Assembly: GCF_033153115.1 (NCBI RefSeq)
Contig: NW_026889758.1
Coordinates: 5,580,001 to 5,644,000 of the forward strand
Direction of reading: 5' to 3'
Source: Saccostrea echinata
Taxonomy: Eukaryota
Length of the DNA stretch: 64,000 nt
Part shown: piece by piece, positions 62,950 through 64,000 of the stretch
How the letters are laid out: each line of letters opens with the position of its first letter
Position numbering within the stretch: position 1 is the first letter of the stretch
Translations under genes and position numbers: made by a program
Notes under the pieces: generated by a model
What the model was told of the DNA's origin: nothing
The model's input: only the letters and a program-made list of their open reading frames with translations
Database searches by the model: none

Positions 62950-63560
62950 CATGTCCCAAAATAAAAAAAGCAGGAATTCCTGCCTTGTCAACATTTGAGT
63001 GACAATTAAACAAGAAAGGGCGAGAAGATGTACTGCTTGGACGGATGAGGGAAATCGTGTTCTTCTCAGTACATGGGAAGACTATGGTGTTGAGGAACGG
63101 GCAGAAAACCTCAAAACAAGTAATATACGTGTTTTACTGAATGACTGCTTATAAAATGGACGGAATAGGTTTTAGGATACAAAAGAATACAAGATCAGTG
63201 AAAGTCTTTATGCTGACACTTTAGCGCAGCTACAGATAAAAAAAAGTAACATTAAAATGAGTGGAAAGGGGAAACAGGCAATTTCTTTGAACAGCTAGAT
63301 GCCATTTTAGAAGCAAAACAGGAAATAAATTGTACTTGAAAAGGCAAAATTGAAGTTAGATGAAGGCCAAAAACGCGGGGAACGTGAACATCAGTTCATT
63401 GTTTTGAAAATGATTATGAGTACGATCGGACAGTAGATCCTCCTACATCATATCCACCGCAGTATCCAGGACTGAAGGCTTATGCTCCAATACCTATTGC
63501 ACCAACAGATCAAGCGTGATTGAAGATATCAATAATAATTCTGAATCCCCGTATTATAAC
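62950..63560 (+). pseudogene. Decayed Myb/SANT-like (trihelix) DNA-binding protein gene, possibly Harbinger-derived
   Basis: Fragments CTAWTDEGNRVLLSTWED, FLEQLDAIL and coiled-coil EKAKLKLDEGQKRGEREHQ, with stops and frameshifts. Confidence 0.55.
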
Positions 63561-63759
63561 CTCTAGAGGTAATCAGTTTGTTTAATAAGAACAGGGTTTT
63601 ATATTTTTCGCTGCATGTAATGTAGTTGCTTATTTGATAAGTTTAATCACTTTAAGATATAACTTCTTTTAGTTTGAATTTTGAAAATAGCTTCTTTTGC
63701 AATATTGCAATTGACTAGCAACAATGTGTTTAAACCACTTCATTAAATGTTCGTGTTAA

Positions 63760-64000
63760 AAGTGATACCGGATCATACAGAATTGCGCCCCGTTATTAGC
63801 AAACCTATTTTTGTATTCATTTGAAGCAGAATTTGTTCAAAATTTTATACGTGAACAGAGGAAAACACTTGCTGTGGCCTTCAACACGACATTTAGATAT
63901 ATCGACGACGTATTGTCAATTAACAATGGTTATTTCCATTCTTATGTCGATACGATATACGTGTATCCCAGTGAGCCTAAAATAAAAATAATACAGAGTC
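63760..64000 (+). mobile_element. Penelope-like RT fragment running off the window end
   Basis: NCAPLLANLFLYSFEAEFVQ and LAVAFNTTFRYIDDVLSINN. Confidence 0.8.

Overview
AT-rich, intron- and repeat-rich animal DNA. The repeat families suggest a bivalve, probably an oyster; this is an inference and no search was run. Three spliced genes can be reconstructed by hand: the last two exons of a stum/SPEC3-family gene (+, 1438-2629); a complete 12-exon mitochondrial ABC half-transporter ABCB10 (-, 10399-16539, 678 aa); and, head-to-head with it, a complete 14-exon kynurenine 3-monooxygenase-like gene (+, 19062-57908, 451 aa) with unusual substitutions in normally conserved motifs. The main finding is in KMO intron 9 (29.2 kb), which is almost entirely one candidate giant DNA transposon of about 27.2 kb (26355-53549). 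It has imperfect 25-bp terminal inverted repeats (ATCC...GGAT), a perfect 17-bp subterminal inverted motif and (TA)n tracts on both sides, and it splits a Helentron-like repeat whose halves rejoin across it. I see no intact transposase in it. It carries a chain of minus-strand splice-bounded exon candidates, a nested CACTA element sitting in the loop of a hairpin, a 146-bp satellite array and other repeats. The right end of the window holds a four-level nest (Helitron > Penelope-like > Helitron and Harbinger-type MITE > SINE) and a decayed Myb/SANT-like gene. All coordinates were read manually and may be off by a few bases.
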